Shown here piece after piece: positions 8,747-17,606 of a DNA stretch of 53,428 bases (its first letter is position 1; every line of letters begins with the position of its first letter). A program made the position numbers and the translations under genes. The DNA is from a virus (lineage: Duplodnaviria; Caudoviricetes): the IMG/VR virus record IMGVR_UViG_3300013285_000002, positions 1 to 53,428 of that record. One strand, 5' to 3'. The notes under the pieces are model-generated. The model saw only the letters and a list, made by a program, of their open reading frames with translations. It was not told where the DNA came from and ran no database searches.

Positions 8747-9658
8747 ATGTCATTTCCCGTAGCTTCTGGCCGCACTCAATACAGCGGCAACTTCGTTCCT
8801 GAAATCTGGTCTGGCAAACTGCAAGCCAAGTTTTACAAGACCACGGTCTTCTCGGAAATCTCTAACAACGATTGGGAAGGCGAAATCAAGGGTCAAGGCG
8901 ACAAGATTCATATCCGCACGATCCCAACGATCACCATCAACTCGTACAACAAAGGCGATAACCTGACCAATCAGGTTCCAACCTCTGCCCCAATCGAGTT
9001 GCTGATTGACCAAGGTAAGTATTTTGCTGTTGTTCTGGATGACGTTGACGCCGTTCAGACTGACATCAAAATGATGGACTTGTTTACCAATGACGCTACT
9101 GAACAGATGAAGATTGCGATTGACGCACAGATTCTGGCTGGCGTTAAAGGCTCTGCCGCTGCTGCCAACCAAGGCTCAACAGGTGGCTTCGTTTCTGGCA
9201 ACTTGAACTTTGGTACTGACTCATCCCCACGCGCTATCACCAAAGCCAACATCCTTGATTTGATTTTGGATGCTGGTCAAGGTCTGGATGAACAGAACGT
9301 TCCTGAGTCTGGCCGTTGGTTGCTGATCCCTTCGTGGATGGCCGCTATGGTCAAAGGTTCGGACTTGAAGCAAGCCTACCTGACTGGTGATACTGTTTCC
9401 CCACTGCGCAACGGCAAGCTCGGCATGATCGACCGCTTCCAAGTGTATGTGTCGAACAACTTGCCAAAGACTGCCGATGGCGACAGCTACTTGATGGCTG
9501 GTACGAAAGATGCGATCACCTTCGCATCGCAGATGACTAACGTGGAAACCCTCCGCGCTCAGTCAACCTTCGGCAACATCGTTCGTGGTTTGAACGTGTT
9601 CGGCTACTCTGTTGTCAAGCCAGAGGCTTTGATTAACATGGTTGCTGTCAAAGGTTAA
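8747..9658 (+). CDS. Major capsid protein (HK97 fold, P22-coat-like)
   Basis: FVPEIWSGKL, GDKIHI, IDQGKYF, G.IDRFQVYVSNNLP and RGLNVFG..V.PEAL motifs; strong codon bias; followed by a terminator. Confidence 0.92.
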   Translation: MSFPVASGRTQYSGNFVPEIWSGKLQAKFYKTTVFSEISNNDWEGEIKGQGDKIHIRTIPTITINSYNKGDNLTNQVPTSAPIELLIDQGKYFAVVLDDVDAVQTDIKMMDLFTNDATEQMKIAIDAQILAGVKGSAAAANQGSTGGFVSGNLNFGTDSSPRAITKANILDLILDAGQGLDEQNVPESGRWLLIPSWMAAMVKGSDLKQAYLTGDTVSPLRNGKLGMIDRFQVYVSNNLPKTADGDSYLMAGTKDAITFASQMTNVETLRAQSTFGNIVRGLNVFGYSVVKPEALINMVAVKG

Positions 9659-9668
9659 ACCTTGACCT

Positions 9669-9705
9669 AAAGCTCACTGGGGTTCGCCTCAGTGGGCTTT
9701 CTTTC
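9669..9705 (+). terminator. Rho-independent terminator after the capsid gene
   Basis: AAAGCTCACTGGGG-TTCG-CCTCAGTGGGCTTT stem with a UUCG loop, followed by CTTTC. Confidence 0.85.
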
Positions 9706-9717
9706 ATTTAGGAACTC

Positions 9718-9933
9718 ATGGCTATTCACAAGATTCCAACTTCGATCCGTCAAATGAAGAACACTCGTACCGGCAAGATTGCCGTGTATGACGCCGACCT
9801 TATTGAGTCTGGCCGATGGGAGAAGTACTCCCCAGAAGTAGTGAAGCCAGCATCAAAAGGGAAGACCTTTACTGCGACTGCTTCGATTGCTGTGACCCCG
9901 GTAGCTACTCATGTAGGCTCCAAAACCGAATAA
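9718..9933 (+). CDS. Hypothetical virion protein
   Basis: 71 aa, RBS agga, located between the capsid and adaptor genes. Confidence 0.7.
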   Translation: MAIHKIPTSIRQMKNTRTGKIAVYDADLIESGRWEKYSPEVVKPASKGKTFTATASIAVTPVATHVGSKTE

Positions 9934-9954
9934 CTGAAGAACAGATCAACAGAT

Positions 9955-10299
9955 ATGGCAACATTCCAACAGATCATTGATGATGCTCGTGTCATTCTCA
10001 ACGATGAGATTTCAAGCGAATCAACAGTTCCACGCTACACAGTAGCCCAGTTGCTAAGCTATGCACGTCAAGCACTCGTTGGGGCCAGACAAGTTCGACC
10101 TGATCTGTTCCTGTCAAACCTTGTTGGCGTGTTCCCTGCGTTTGCGGGTACTGACACAATTCCATTGCCAGAGCAATACCTTGTAACTTTGAGCGACTAC
10201 ATTGCCCATCGAGCAGAACTCCGAGACGATGAGTTTGCTGTTGATGGACGAGCAAGTGCGCTACTCCAAAAATATAAAGCGGGGCTTCTAGGTCTATGA
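9955..10299 (+). CDS. Head-tail adaptor protein
   Basis: IIDDARVILND...RYT...RPD...L.DYIAHRA pattern of podovirus adaptors; position. Confidence 0.65.
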   Translation: MATFQQIIDDARVILNDEISSESTVPRYTVAQLLSYARQALVGARQVRPDLFLSNLVGVFPAFAGTDTIPLPEQYLVTLSDYIAHRAELRDDEFAVDGRASALLQKYKAGLLGL

Positions 10300-10946
10300 A
10301 AACATATGATGTCTTCTATCCGCATGTATTGCCTGATGTTCCGGGATGTCCTCCTGAGATGGCAGTCATTGCGCTACGAAATACGATCATTGAGTTTTGC
10401 GAGAAGTCATTTATCAACCAAGTGACGCAAGACCCAATTACCCTCCGAGCAAATATTACTGACTACGATCTTGATGCCCCATCTGGGTATCGGGTTCAAA
10501 AGATCATGCGTGCATGGTTTCGTGGCAAAGAGCTTGGCCCAATTGCACCAGATGCTATCAGTGGCCCTGACATTTATAGTCAGAACATTCCCGGTTACAC
10601 AGCCACAAAAGGCCCGCCAACTGCTTACACGCAGAAGGAATCTGGACTGCTTAGTTTCATGCCAATACCGGATCAGACGTATCAAGGCTCCGTTACAATC
10701 CGTGTAGCGGTTGTACCCCTTCGAGACTCGGTAAAGTTTGATGACTTTCTGTATGAAGAATGGTGCGAAGCAATCGCTTGTGGAGCAAAAGCTAGGCTGA
10801 TGCTAACTTCTGGAAAGCCCTACACAAACAAAGAGGGCGCAGGTATCAATCAATCTCGATACTTGATAGCCCTCAATGATGCTAGGCAGCGTGCTATTCG
10901 CGGCAATGTTCGCTCTGATCTGAGCGTGAAATTGAGGAAGCCATGA
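10296..10946 (+). CDS. Head-tail adaptor / tail tubular protein A-like
   Basis: VPGCP...IEFCEKS, EAIACGAKARLM motifs; position. Confidence 0.65.
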   Translation: MKTYDVFYPHVLPDVPGCPPEMAVIALRNTIIEFCEKSFINQVTQDPITLRANITDYDLDAPSGYRVQKIMRAWFRGKELGPIAPDAISGPDIYSQNIPGYTATKGPPTAYTQKESGLLSFMPIPDQTYQGSVTIRVAVVPLRDSVKFDDFLYEEWCEAIACGAKARLMLTSGKPYTNKEGAGINQSRYLIALNDARQRAIRGNVRSDLSVKLRKP

Positions 10947-11272
10947 CCGAAAGAATTAGACTCGTTCAAGGTGATACTCGACCTTTCATTCGACTTATCC
11001 TTAAAGACGCTGACGGCCAAGTCATCAATGTTGCAAACGCTATTGTTCGGATTAAGTTCAGAGCTTCCGGCACATCAACCAATCTATTCATCCTCACTTG
11101 CCTAAAACCAAATGGTGGTGGTGATGGGGTGGTGGTATTCAACTTCCCTGTTGACTCGCTCAACATTGAACCCGGCCCATACGAAGCGGAAGTCGAGATT
11201 GATTACGGATCAAAAGACATCCAAACCGTGTACGACCTGTTGAAGTTTTCAATCCGCGCCCAATTCAATTAA
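10943..11272 (+). CDS. BppU N-terminal-like tail/baseplate domain protein
   Basis: VQGDT...G.V.F....G.YEAEVEI beta-sandwich pattern. Confidence 0.6.
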   Translation: MTERIRLVQGDTRPFIRLILKDADGQVINVANAIVRIKFRASGTSTNLFILTCLKPNGGGDGVVVFNFPVDSLNIEPGPYEAEVEIDYGSKDIQTVYDLLKFSIRAQFN

Positions 11273-11285
11273 CTAGGAGATTTCC

Positions 11286-11723
11286 ATGAGTGCAATGTCA
11301 GACTATCTTGAGAACAAGATCATCGACCAACTGTTTCGCGGCCAAGCTTATGCTTTTCCGTCCACGCTTTACATTGGCCTGCTAACTGCCGTCCCTTCGG
11401 ATACTGGCGGTGGTACTGAAGTTTCTGGTGGTGGCTATGCACGCGCATCATCTGCTGCTGGCTTGGCTACCTTTGCTGGTACACAAGGTGTCGGTACTAC
11501 CGCCGCATCTACTGGCAACACTGGCACAACTTCAAACAATGCGTCGATCACCTTTGTGACTCCGACTGCAAGTTGGGGTGCTGTAACTTCATTCGGTATC
11601 TACGATACGGCTACTGGCGGAAACTTGTTGTTCTACGGTACGCTCAGTATCAGCAAAACCATCAACCAAGGCGACACGGTAACGTTCCCTGCCGCTTCTC
11701 TGTCTGTCCAAATCGACAACTAA
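11286..11723 (+). CDS. Tail fibre/collar-like structural protein
   Basis: MSDYLEN...YIGLLTA.P.D.G...EVSGGGYAR...WG.VT.FGIYD...GGNLLFYG motif typical of phage structural proteins. Confidence 0.75.
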   Translation: MSAMSDYLENKIIDQLFRGQAYAFPSTLYIGLLTAVPSDTGGGTEVSGGGYARASSAAGLATFAGTQGVGTTAASTGNTGTTSNNASITFVTPTASWGAVTSFGIYDTATGGNLLFYGTLSISKTINQGDTVTFPAASLSVQIDN

Positions 11724-11730
11724 TTGATCC

Positions 11731-13362
11731 ATGTTACTGAACAAGGCTGCCCTTGATACGTCAGTACTGAACGGCTCTGCTGGTGGAAGTGTACAAAGCC
11801 TTTCGGCTAGTGCCTTTGTCAGCAGTTCCTCAGTCGGCGCACTCACCAATACTCAGAGTCTTGGCGCAGCTTCGTTCGTAACATCGACTGCAAATGGTTT
11901 GCTCTCAAAGAGTGCTCCACTTGCGTCATCAATTCAGTCATCAGCCGCTGCACTAGGTGGAATTACAGACACGATCCCACTGGGTTCATCTGTCTCAGTT
12001 TCATCTTATGCAGTCGGTGCAACTTTTGATACGCTCCCAATTGCATCAGTTGCTGGAACAGCAGCAATCACCAACATTGTCAAAGCAGATACGTCTGTTG
12101 CTTACTCTGTTGCGTCATCTGTTTCTGTTGCCTCTATTGCTTCTGCACTGGTATCGCTGACAAAGCCAATTAACGCAAGCGTACAAGCAGTTGCATCGTA
12201 CTCCGCTGGACTTACCAATACGATATGGCTGGCAAGTTCTACCTCTGTTGGATCGTCTGTATCTGGTGCGATTCTTGCCGTTAAAACACTGTCCACTGTG
12301 GCTGTCTCATCGGCAACTGCAACTGGCGGGTTGGTTGATTTAATTCCGCTTGACGCTATTGCGACATCTTCTGTTGCGACATTGGCTACCACCTCCGTAG
12401 CTTTTATCGTTGATGCTAGTGTCTCTGCCAAGGCTACTGTCACTGGTGATATTCCACTTGGAATTAACCTCCTTGCCGGTCGGCCAAGCAACTCTCTCGG
12501 TGAGTCGTCGCTAAACACATTTGCTCTGAATGATGGATCAAGTTTTGTTTCTTCTGGAAGCAAGGTAAGCGGGACAATCATCATCATCTTTGCTGCCTCG
12601 GCAAATGTTGGATGTGTATCCGTTTCGAATGGTGGCCTTCAGAACACAATCCCACTGATAGGAAGTGCAAGCACGGGATCAATCAGTACCGCCATTGCCA
12701 GCCTTGATCTGGTTAAAAACATCGGAGCCTCGGCTTCTGGCCTGACTTCAATCTCGGCTGACATCAATCTTGTCAAAGGGATTGGCTCTATAGTTTCAGT
12801 AACTTCCACAACAGCAGCATCTGCCAATATAGTGAAGGGTCTTGGGGGTTCACTGAACGTCGCTGGAGACTCCATTCCAGCAGTGACCTCAGTCCACTAT
12901 GTAATTGAGTCAAAGGCTGTCTCAAGCGCTCTGACAAGTGGCGGCATAAATCTCGTCAAGCCTATTGCTGGCTCGATTGCTTCAAGTGTTTATGCAACCC
13001 CAGTCAAGTCAAGTGTTGCGTATGTTGTCATGGGCGGTGGACTTGTACTCGTTAAGACGACTGCCGATCTACATAAGACTGACAACCTCGGTAGCTTGGA
13101 AGGCACAAGTGCAATAGCAAACATTGCTTTTGCCAACATTATGCTTCGCAAGCCGCTTGGCGCAGTAGCATTTATTACTCTTGCAACAGACGCCAACTTA
13201 GTTGCAGCACACACAGTTGACTATGACATTGCATTTAGCTCGTATGCAGAAATGATTGCTGGAGTCATACAGATGGAGTCGCATGTTTCTGATGTGACCG
13301 CAGAGGTAATAGATGTCTCATACATCACAAGTGATGTTGAAGAGATTGAAAACGCTTTATAA
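11731..13362 (+). CDS. Ser/Ala/Val-rich repetitive fibre-like structural protein
   Basis: 543 aa with degenerate repeats of roughly 20 residues; located in the tail module. Confidence 0.7.
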   Translation: MLLNKAALDTSVLNGSAGGSVQSLSASAFVSSSSVGALTNTQSLGAASFVTSTANGLLSKSAPLASSIQSSAAALGGITDTIPLGSSVSVSSYAVGATFDTLPIASVAGTAAITNIVKADTSVAYSVASSVSVASIASALVSLTKPINASVQAVASYSAGLTNTIWLASSTSVGSSVSGAILAVKTLSTVAVSSATATGGLVDLIPLDAIATSSVATLATTSVAFIVDASVSAKATVTGDIPLGINLLAGRPSNSLGESSLNTFALNDGSSFVSSGSKVSGTIIIIFAASANVGCVSVSNGGLQNTIPLIGSASTGSISTAIASLDLVKNIGASASGLTSISADINLVKGIGSIVSVTSTTAASANIVKGLGGSLNVAGDSIPAVTSVHYVIESKAVSSALTSGGINLVKPIAGSIASSVYATPVKSSVAYVVMGGGLVLVKTTADLHKTDNLGSLEGTSAIANIAFANIMLRKPLGAVAFITLATDANLVAAHTVDYDIAFSSYAEMIAGVIQMESHVSDVTAEVIDVSYITSDVEEIENAL

Positions 13363-13374
13363 CAAGGAACCCAA

Positions 13375-14217
13375 ATGTTGAAATTTACGAACAATGCTTC
13401 GGCAACTCTTGCGGGAAGTATCGCAAGCACAGCTACAAGCATTACGCTTTCTTCTGGCAATGGTGCTCTGATGCCTGCACTAGCAGCCGGTGAGTTCTTT
13501 TTTGCCACACTGATCGACTCATCAAACAACCTTGAGGTGATTCGCGTCACTGCTCGAAGTGCTGATGTTTTGACTGTGACTCGCGCTCAAGATGGAACTA
13601 CTGCTCGTGCATACGCCGCTGGTGACAAGGTTGAATTGCGCCTAGTTGCTGCAACATTCCTTGAACTTGTTCAGCGTGACGGCTCTGTTGTTATGACTGC
13701 CAACTTGAATCATGGTGGGTTCAAAGCGACTGGGCTTGCTGAGCCGACAGTATCAACAGATGGAGCTACAAAGAATTACACTGATACAGCAATTTCAAGT
13801 GCCGTCAGTGCAGAAGCAACGGCTCGCTCCAATGCTGATGCCGCTGAAATTACTGCTCGTAACACGGCAATTTCTAATGAAGCTACTGCAAGAACGAATG
13901 CAGACACTGCATTAGGTGCAGCGAAAGTAAGTCTTGATGGATCAAATGCAACTGGCACATGGGCTGGATCAACTGAATGGACTCGTGTAACCAATCGCCC
14001 AACATCATTGAACTCATTTTCAAATGACCCCGGATTTACGAATGGTGGTGGTGGCTACACAACTGCACGAACTTATGGCGATGGTGTAAATGCAATGGGA
14101 GCAGCGCCAGGAGGCGGATTAAATGTATCTGGCCGCGGCCTACAAATTATAAAAAGTGGGAATAATTATTTACTTTGGGGTAGCAATTGCAACTGTAATT
14201 GCTGCTGCTGCTGTTAA
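13375..14217 (+). CDS. Tail fibre protein with C-terminal Cys-rich tag (NCNCNCCCCC)
   Basis: N-terminal fibre-anchor domain (LTVTRAQDGT..AGDKVELR), DGATKNY motif, EATAR coiled-coil repeats; all 7 Cys lie in the last 9 residues. Confidence 0.85.
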   Translation: MLKFTNNASATLAGSIASTATSITLSSGNGALMPALAAGEFFFATLIDSSNNLEVIRVTARSADVLTVTRAQDGTTARAYAAGDKVELRLVAATFLELVQRDGSVVMTANLNHGGFKATGLAEPTVSTDGATKNYTDTAISSAVSAEATARSNADAAEITARNTAISNEATARTNADTALGAAKVSLDGSNATGTWAGSTEWTRVTNRPTSLNSFSNDPGFTNGGGGYTTARTYGDGVNAMGAAPGGGLNVSGRGLQIIKSGNNYLLWGSNCNCNCCCCC

Positions 14218-14232
14218 TAGAAAGATAATATT

Positions 14233-15039
14233 ATGAAAATTTTTCATGTAAAAATACATAAAGCAAATACTGCTGTTGAACTTTCATTTTATGAAGAGTC
14301 AATTAGTGTTTCAGTTATGGTGCATTATCCAACTTCAAAAGAAAATGATGATGGTATATCTTTAGAAGTTCCATTTTCGTTTAACAACCCTGATTTAACA
14401 TACAAAAAATCTACAGCAGTAATAAAAATTGCTGATTTACAGTCAAGCCCTCAAGCAGAGTCTGGTGCGTGTTGGAATGTGTATATGGATGAAAATTCAC
14501 TGTACCCAATCATCATAAATTCAAATGCAATGTCTCAGCCATTTCGCGGAGACGTTCATCAAGTTTATTCTGCATACTTACAAAAACCTCCGACGATTGT
14601 GATTTGTGTTCCAAGAATTGATTCTAAATTAGATGACTGCTTGATAGGCGTAAACACGTCTACCGATGCAGATGTAGGATTTAAATGCAGTACCACATTT
14701 ACTGATCTTGGAGATTCATATGATCTTGATTATGTGAGAAAAATGGTTCGTCCATTACTCTCGATTGTTGGAAACTTATCTATAACTCAAGGTACTTCGG
14801 AAATCTTTAACGTTACAGTTAATAATCAAGATGGTTCTATTGATGAACAGTTCAACGATCCTATCTATTTTGAGGCTACTGGTGGTCACTTAGCTGTATC
14901 TAAAGTGCAAGTAGTCAATGGAGTTGCTAAAGTAAGATTAATTGGGGATCACTTGATTGAAGGTGATGCAATTTCCATCAAAGCTGGAACGAAGTTTTAT
15001 ACATCACTTGCTAAGATTCATGTAAGGGTAACTGCATGA
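14233..15039 (+). CDS. Hypothetical protein with Ig-like C-terminal domain (fibre partner/chaperone?)
   Basis: 268 aa, visibly AT-rich gene; beta-rich C-terminus (FNVTVNNQDGS...EATGGHL...VVNGVAKVRL). Confidence 0.7.
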   Translation: MKIFHVKIHKANTAVELSFYEESISVSVMVHYPTSKENDDGISLEVPFSFNNPDLTYKKSTAVIKIADLQSSPQAESGACWNVYMDENSLYPIIINSNAMSQPFRGDVHQVYSAYLQKPPTIVICVPRIDSKLDDCLIGVNTSTDADVGFKCSTTFTDLGDSYDLDYVRKMVRPLLSIVGNLSITQGTSEIFNVTVNNQDGSIDEQFNDPIYFEATGGHLAVSKVQVVNGVAKVRLIGDHLIEGDAISIKAGTKFYTSLAKIHVRVTA

Positions 15040-15647
15040 TTTTAAATTTGTGGCCTACTCGCGTAGCAGTCACAAAGCTCAACTACACAAACGAGTTTCT
15101 TGACAAGCTCAAGAACACTTGTTTGCGTGTTGATGCCCAGAAGAATCCAGAGGCTAAACCTTGGACTCGTGCTGACCATGACATCTATGATGAGCCGGAC
15201 GGTGAGCTGATAACTCTCAAGCAAGACATCATTGAATATGCTGAGCGTGCGTATGGTGTTAAGGTCGAGTCAATGACTGGAAGGGATATGATTTTGAGGG
15301 ATCGAGACTTGATTCCTCCGCACTCTGACCGAGACTCTCACTTGTCAGCAATCTTCTACATCCAGACTCCTGTTGTTGTGAAGCCACAAGAAAAAGATTG
15401 GAATGGTTTCTTTTTCATACAAGACCCTAGTCGCTACTTTGATGCACGTCAGATGCCTTGGGAGAACTGTGCCAACCATACAATAGCAGCAGAGAAAAAC
15501 CTATTGGTCATCTTCCCATCGCACCTCTGCCACTTCACTCACGCCATGAACCATCCAGATATGCAAATCGAGATGCACCATGAGATAAAAGTAAGCGGGG
15601 TGCATAACAGCAACGTGAGACGCATCACATACACCGAGGAAGAGTAA
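15036..15647 (+). CDS. 2OG-Fe(II) oxygenase-like protein (atypical)
   Basis: PHSD (HxD), LSAIFY, QDP, LVIFPSHLCH distal His; lacks the usual RxS motif. Confidence 0.75.
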   Translation: MILNLWPTRVAVTKLNYTNEFLDKLKNTCLRVDAQKNPEAKPWTRADHDIYDEPDGELITLKQDIIEYAERAYGVKVESMTGRDMILRDRDLIPPHSDRDSHLSAIFYIQTPVVVKPQEKDWNGFFFIQDPSRYFDARQMPWENCANHTIAAEKNLLVIFPSHLCHFTHAMNHPDMQIEMHHEIKVSGVHNSNVRRITYTEEE

Positions 15648-17029
15648 TGGCACTGTTCAGGCTGAACACATTGAATCCAATGGATTCTGCTGATAAGAAA
15701 GTTTTCTACTACGACAACATGACATCAGCAATTCTTGATGAAAATCAAAACAAGATTGTCTTTGGTCAGTCTGAGCACAAAGAGTACAAGGATGCAGTTG
15801 TTGTTTCTGAAAACTCTCCGGGCAAGAAGACAAGCAGCATCAAACGTTTAAAGATTCAGCTTGGACTTTCCTGTAACTACGAATGTACCTACTGCAATCA
15901 ACGGTTTGTCCCTCATGCTGATGAGACAAACCCAGAAAGCATTGAGCCTTTCCTATCGCAGCTACCAACTTGGTTTGATGGTGGCTCTGATGGTAAAGGC
16001 GAGGGTGTAATTCTTGAGTTTTGGGGTGGTGAGCCATTTGTCTACTGGAAAACACTGAAGCCTTTGGCCGAGCGATTGAAGTCGATGTACCCAAACATCA
16101 CTTTTACGATGATTACCAATGGCTCTCTTTTGACATATGAAAAGAACCAGTGGCTTGATGATCTTGGATTTCAGATTGGCGTTTCTCATGATGGCCCCGG
16201 CTACCATGTTCGCGGTAAAGACCCGCTTGATGATCCTGAGCAACGGGCTGCAATCCTAGACTTGTGGAATAGGTTAAGCCCAACCAACCGCATGAGCTTC
16301 AACGCAATGATTAACAAAGACAATCAAAGCCGAAGTGACATTGCAGACTTTTTTCAAAAGAGTTTTGGGTTTACTCCTCCCATTGGCGAAGGAACATTTA
16401 TTGACCCATATGATGAGGGCGGTGAGAGTGCTTGCTTCGTTGAACCGGCAGATCATTTTGAGTTCAGGAACAAATCATTAGTTGAGCTTCGTGAAGGTGG
16501 AGCAAAGAACTTTGTCACCATCTCACAAAAGATTGATGACTTTGCAAAATCAGTAGTCAACAATCGACCGGCATCTGCTGTTGGTCAGAAGTGTGGAATG
16601 GACAGAACTGATAACATCGCCGTTGACCTTCTAGGGAATGTGCTAACTTGCCAAAACACCTCTCATGTTTCTTCTGGCCCAAATGGTCAGAGTCACCACA
16701 TCGGTCATGTAAGTAACCTTGAGGCTGTTGAACTCAAGACATCTTCACACTGGTCAATACGAGAAGAATGTCCTAAGTGTCCAGTGCTACAAATCTGTAA
16801 AGGTAGCTGCATGTTCCTACATGGACGGCTTTGGGAAATTGGATGTGACGCAGCTTTCTCTGACAACATCTCAATCTTCTCAGCAGCCTTTGAGTCAATG
16901 ACTGGATACATTCCATTCTATATTGATGGGCCACAGCGAGATAACCGTAAAGATATTTTTGGTCTGGTTAATGGCGCACCCGCAAGAAGCGCTAGGAAGC
17001 CATTCCCAATTCCTGTTATTTCAGCATGA
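15647..17029 (+). CDS. Radical SAM/SPASM-domain enzyme (peptide/protein maturase type)
   Basis: CNYECTYC, FWGGEP, TNGSLL, VSHDG motifs; SPASM cysteines CGMDR..GNVLTCQ..CPKCPVLQICKGSC..C. Confidence 0.93.
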   Translation: MALFRLNTLNPMDSADKKVFYYDNMTSAILDENQNKIVFGQSEHKEYKDAVVVSENSPGKKTSSIKRLKIQLGLSCNYECTYCNQRFVPHADETNPESIEPFLSQLPTWFDGGSDGKGEGVILEFWGGEPFVYWKTLKPLAERLKSMYPNITFTMITNGSLLTYEKNQWLDDLGFQIGVSHDGPGYHVRGKDPLDDPEQRAAILDLWNRLSPTNRMSFNAMINKDNQSRSDIADFFQKSFGFTPPIGEGTFIDPYDEGGESACFVEPADHFEFRNKSLVELREGGAKNFVTISQKIDDFAKSVVNNRPASAVGQKCGMDRTDNIAVDLLGNVLTCQNTSHVSSGPNGQSHHIGHVSNLEAVELKTSSHWSIREECPKCPVLQICKGSCMFLHGRLWEIGCDAAFSDNISIFSAAFESMTGYIPFYIDGPQRDNRKDIFGLVNGAPARSARKPFPIPVISA

Positions 17030-17580
17030 GCCATATAAATCTGTTTGGTACTCCAGTATGGAAGCATTTTGTTGAGGCTCCTGAAGAGTTCAACAGAAAC
17101 CTATTTGTACAAGGCGAGTCATTTATTCGAGGCATGAACTACTTTGATCTTCCCGGTGATGCTATTGCCGAACTTAAAGTAAGCGTACTTGGGTTATCAA
17201 AGTCCATTGCAGCCGAGTTCAATTGGAATCGCCAAATAGCCTTTATCAAAGGTAGACAAAATCCAATTCATAAGAATCAGATTGATAGTCCTCACCACCA
17301 TAGTTCTGCAAAATTAGTTGGCGTCTACTATGTATCAGCTAATCTGGGGCAAGGAGACATCCTACTTCATGATCCTCGTGGAGCTACTACTTGGGATGAT
17401 CCTCAAGCAAGGTCGGACGATGGTAAGACGATGCGATCTTTCCATAGGATTACACCAGTATCCGGAATGCTTCTCCTTTTCCCCGGATACCTAATTCATT
17501 CTGTTGAACCAAATCTCACTGATGACGTAAGACTTTCAATTGCGATTGAAGTCTATACAGAATTTCCATCAGAACATTAA
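17026..17580 (+). CDS. 2OG-Fe(II) oxygenase (TIGR02466-like)
   Basis: LFGTPV, PHHH..GVYYV, LHDPR, LLFPGYLIHSV.PN...RLSIA motifs. Confidence 0.85.
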   Translation: MSHINLFGTPVWKHFVEAPEEFNRNLFVQGESFIRGMNYFDLPGDAIAELKVSVLGLSKSIAAEFNWNRQIAFIKGRQNPIHKNQIDSPHHHSSAKLVGVYYVSANLGQGDILLHDPRGATTWDDPQARSDDGKTMRSFHRITPVSGMLLLFPGYLIHSVEPNLTDDVRLSIAIEVYTEFPSEH

Positions 17581-17606
17581 CCGTATTTAAACTTTAAGGG
17601 AATCAA

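Noticed and set aside
14212-14220. Selenocysteine/stop read-through of the Cys tag, or genome-wide stop recoding
   Set aside because: The fibre ends in tandem TAA TAG rather than TGA, and genes genome-wide are intact under the standard code.
13375-17580. Diversity-generating retroelement for tail-fibre variation
   Set aside because: No reverse transcriptase ORF was found, and no adenine-variant template/variable repeat pair was seen.
15036-17580. rSAM and oxygenases as a DNA hypermodification or queuosine pathway
   Set aside because: The rSAM has SPASM maturase features rather than QueE features; no DpdA, FolE, QueC/D, kinase or glycosyltransferase genes are present; and the genes lie in the tail operon. 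Disfavoured but not formally excluded.
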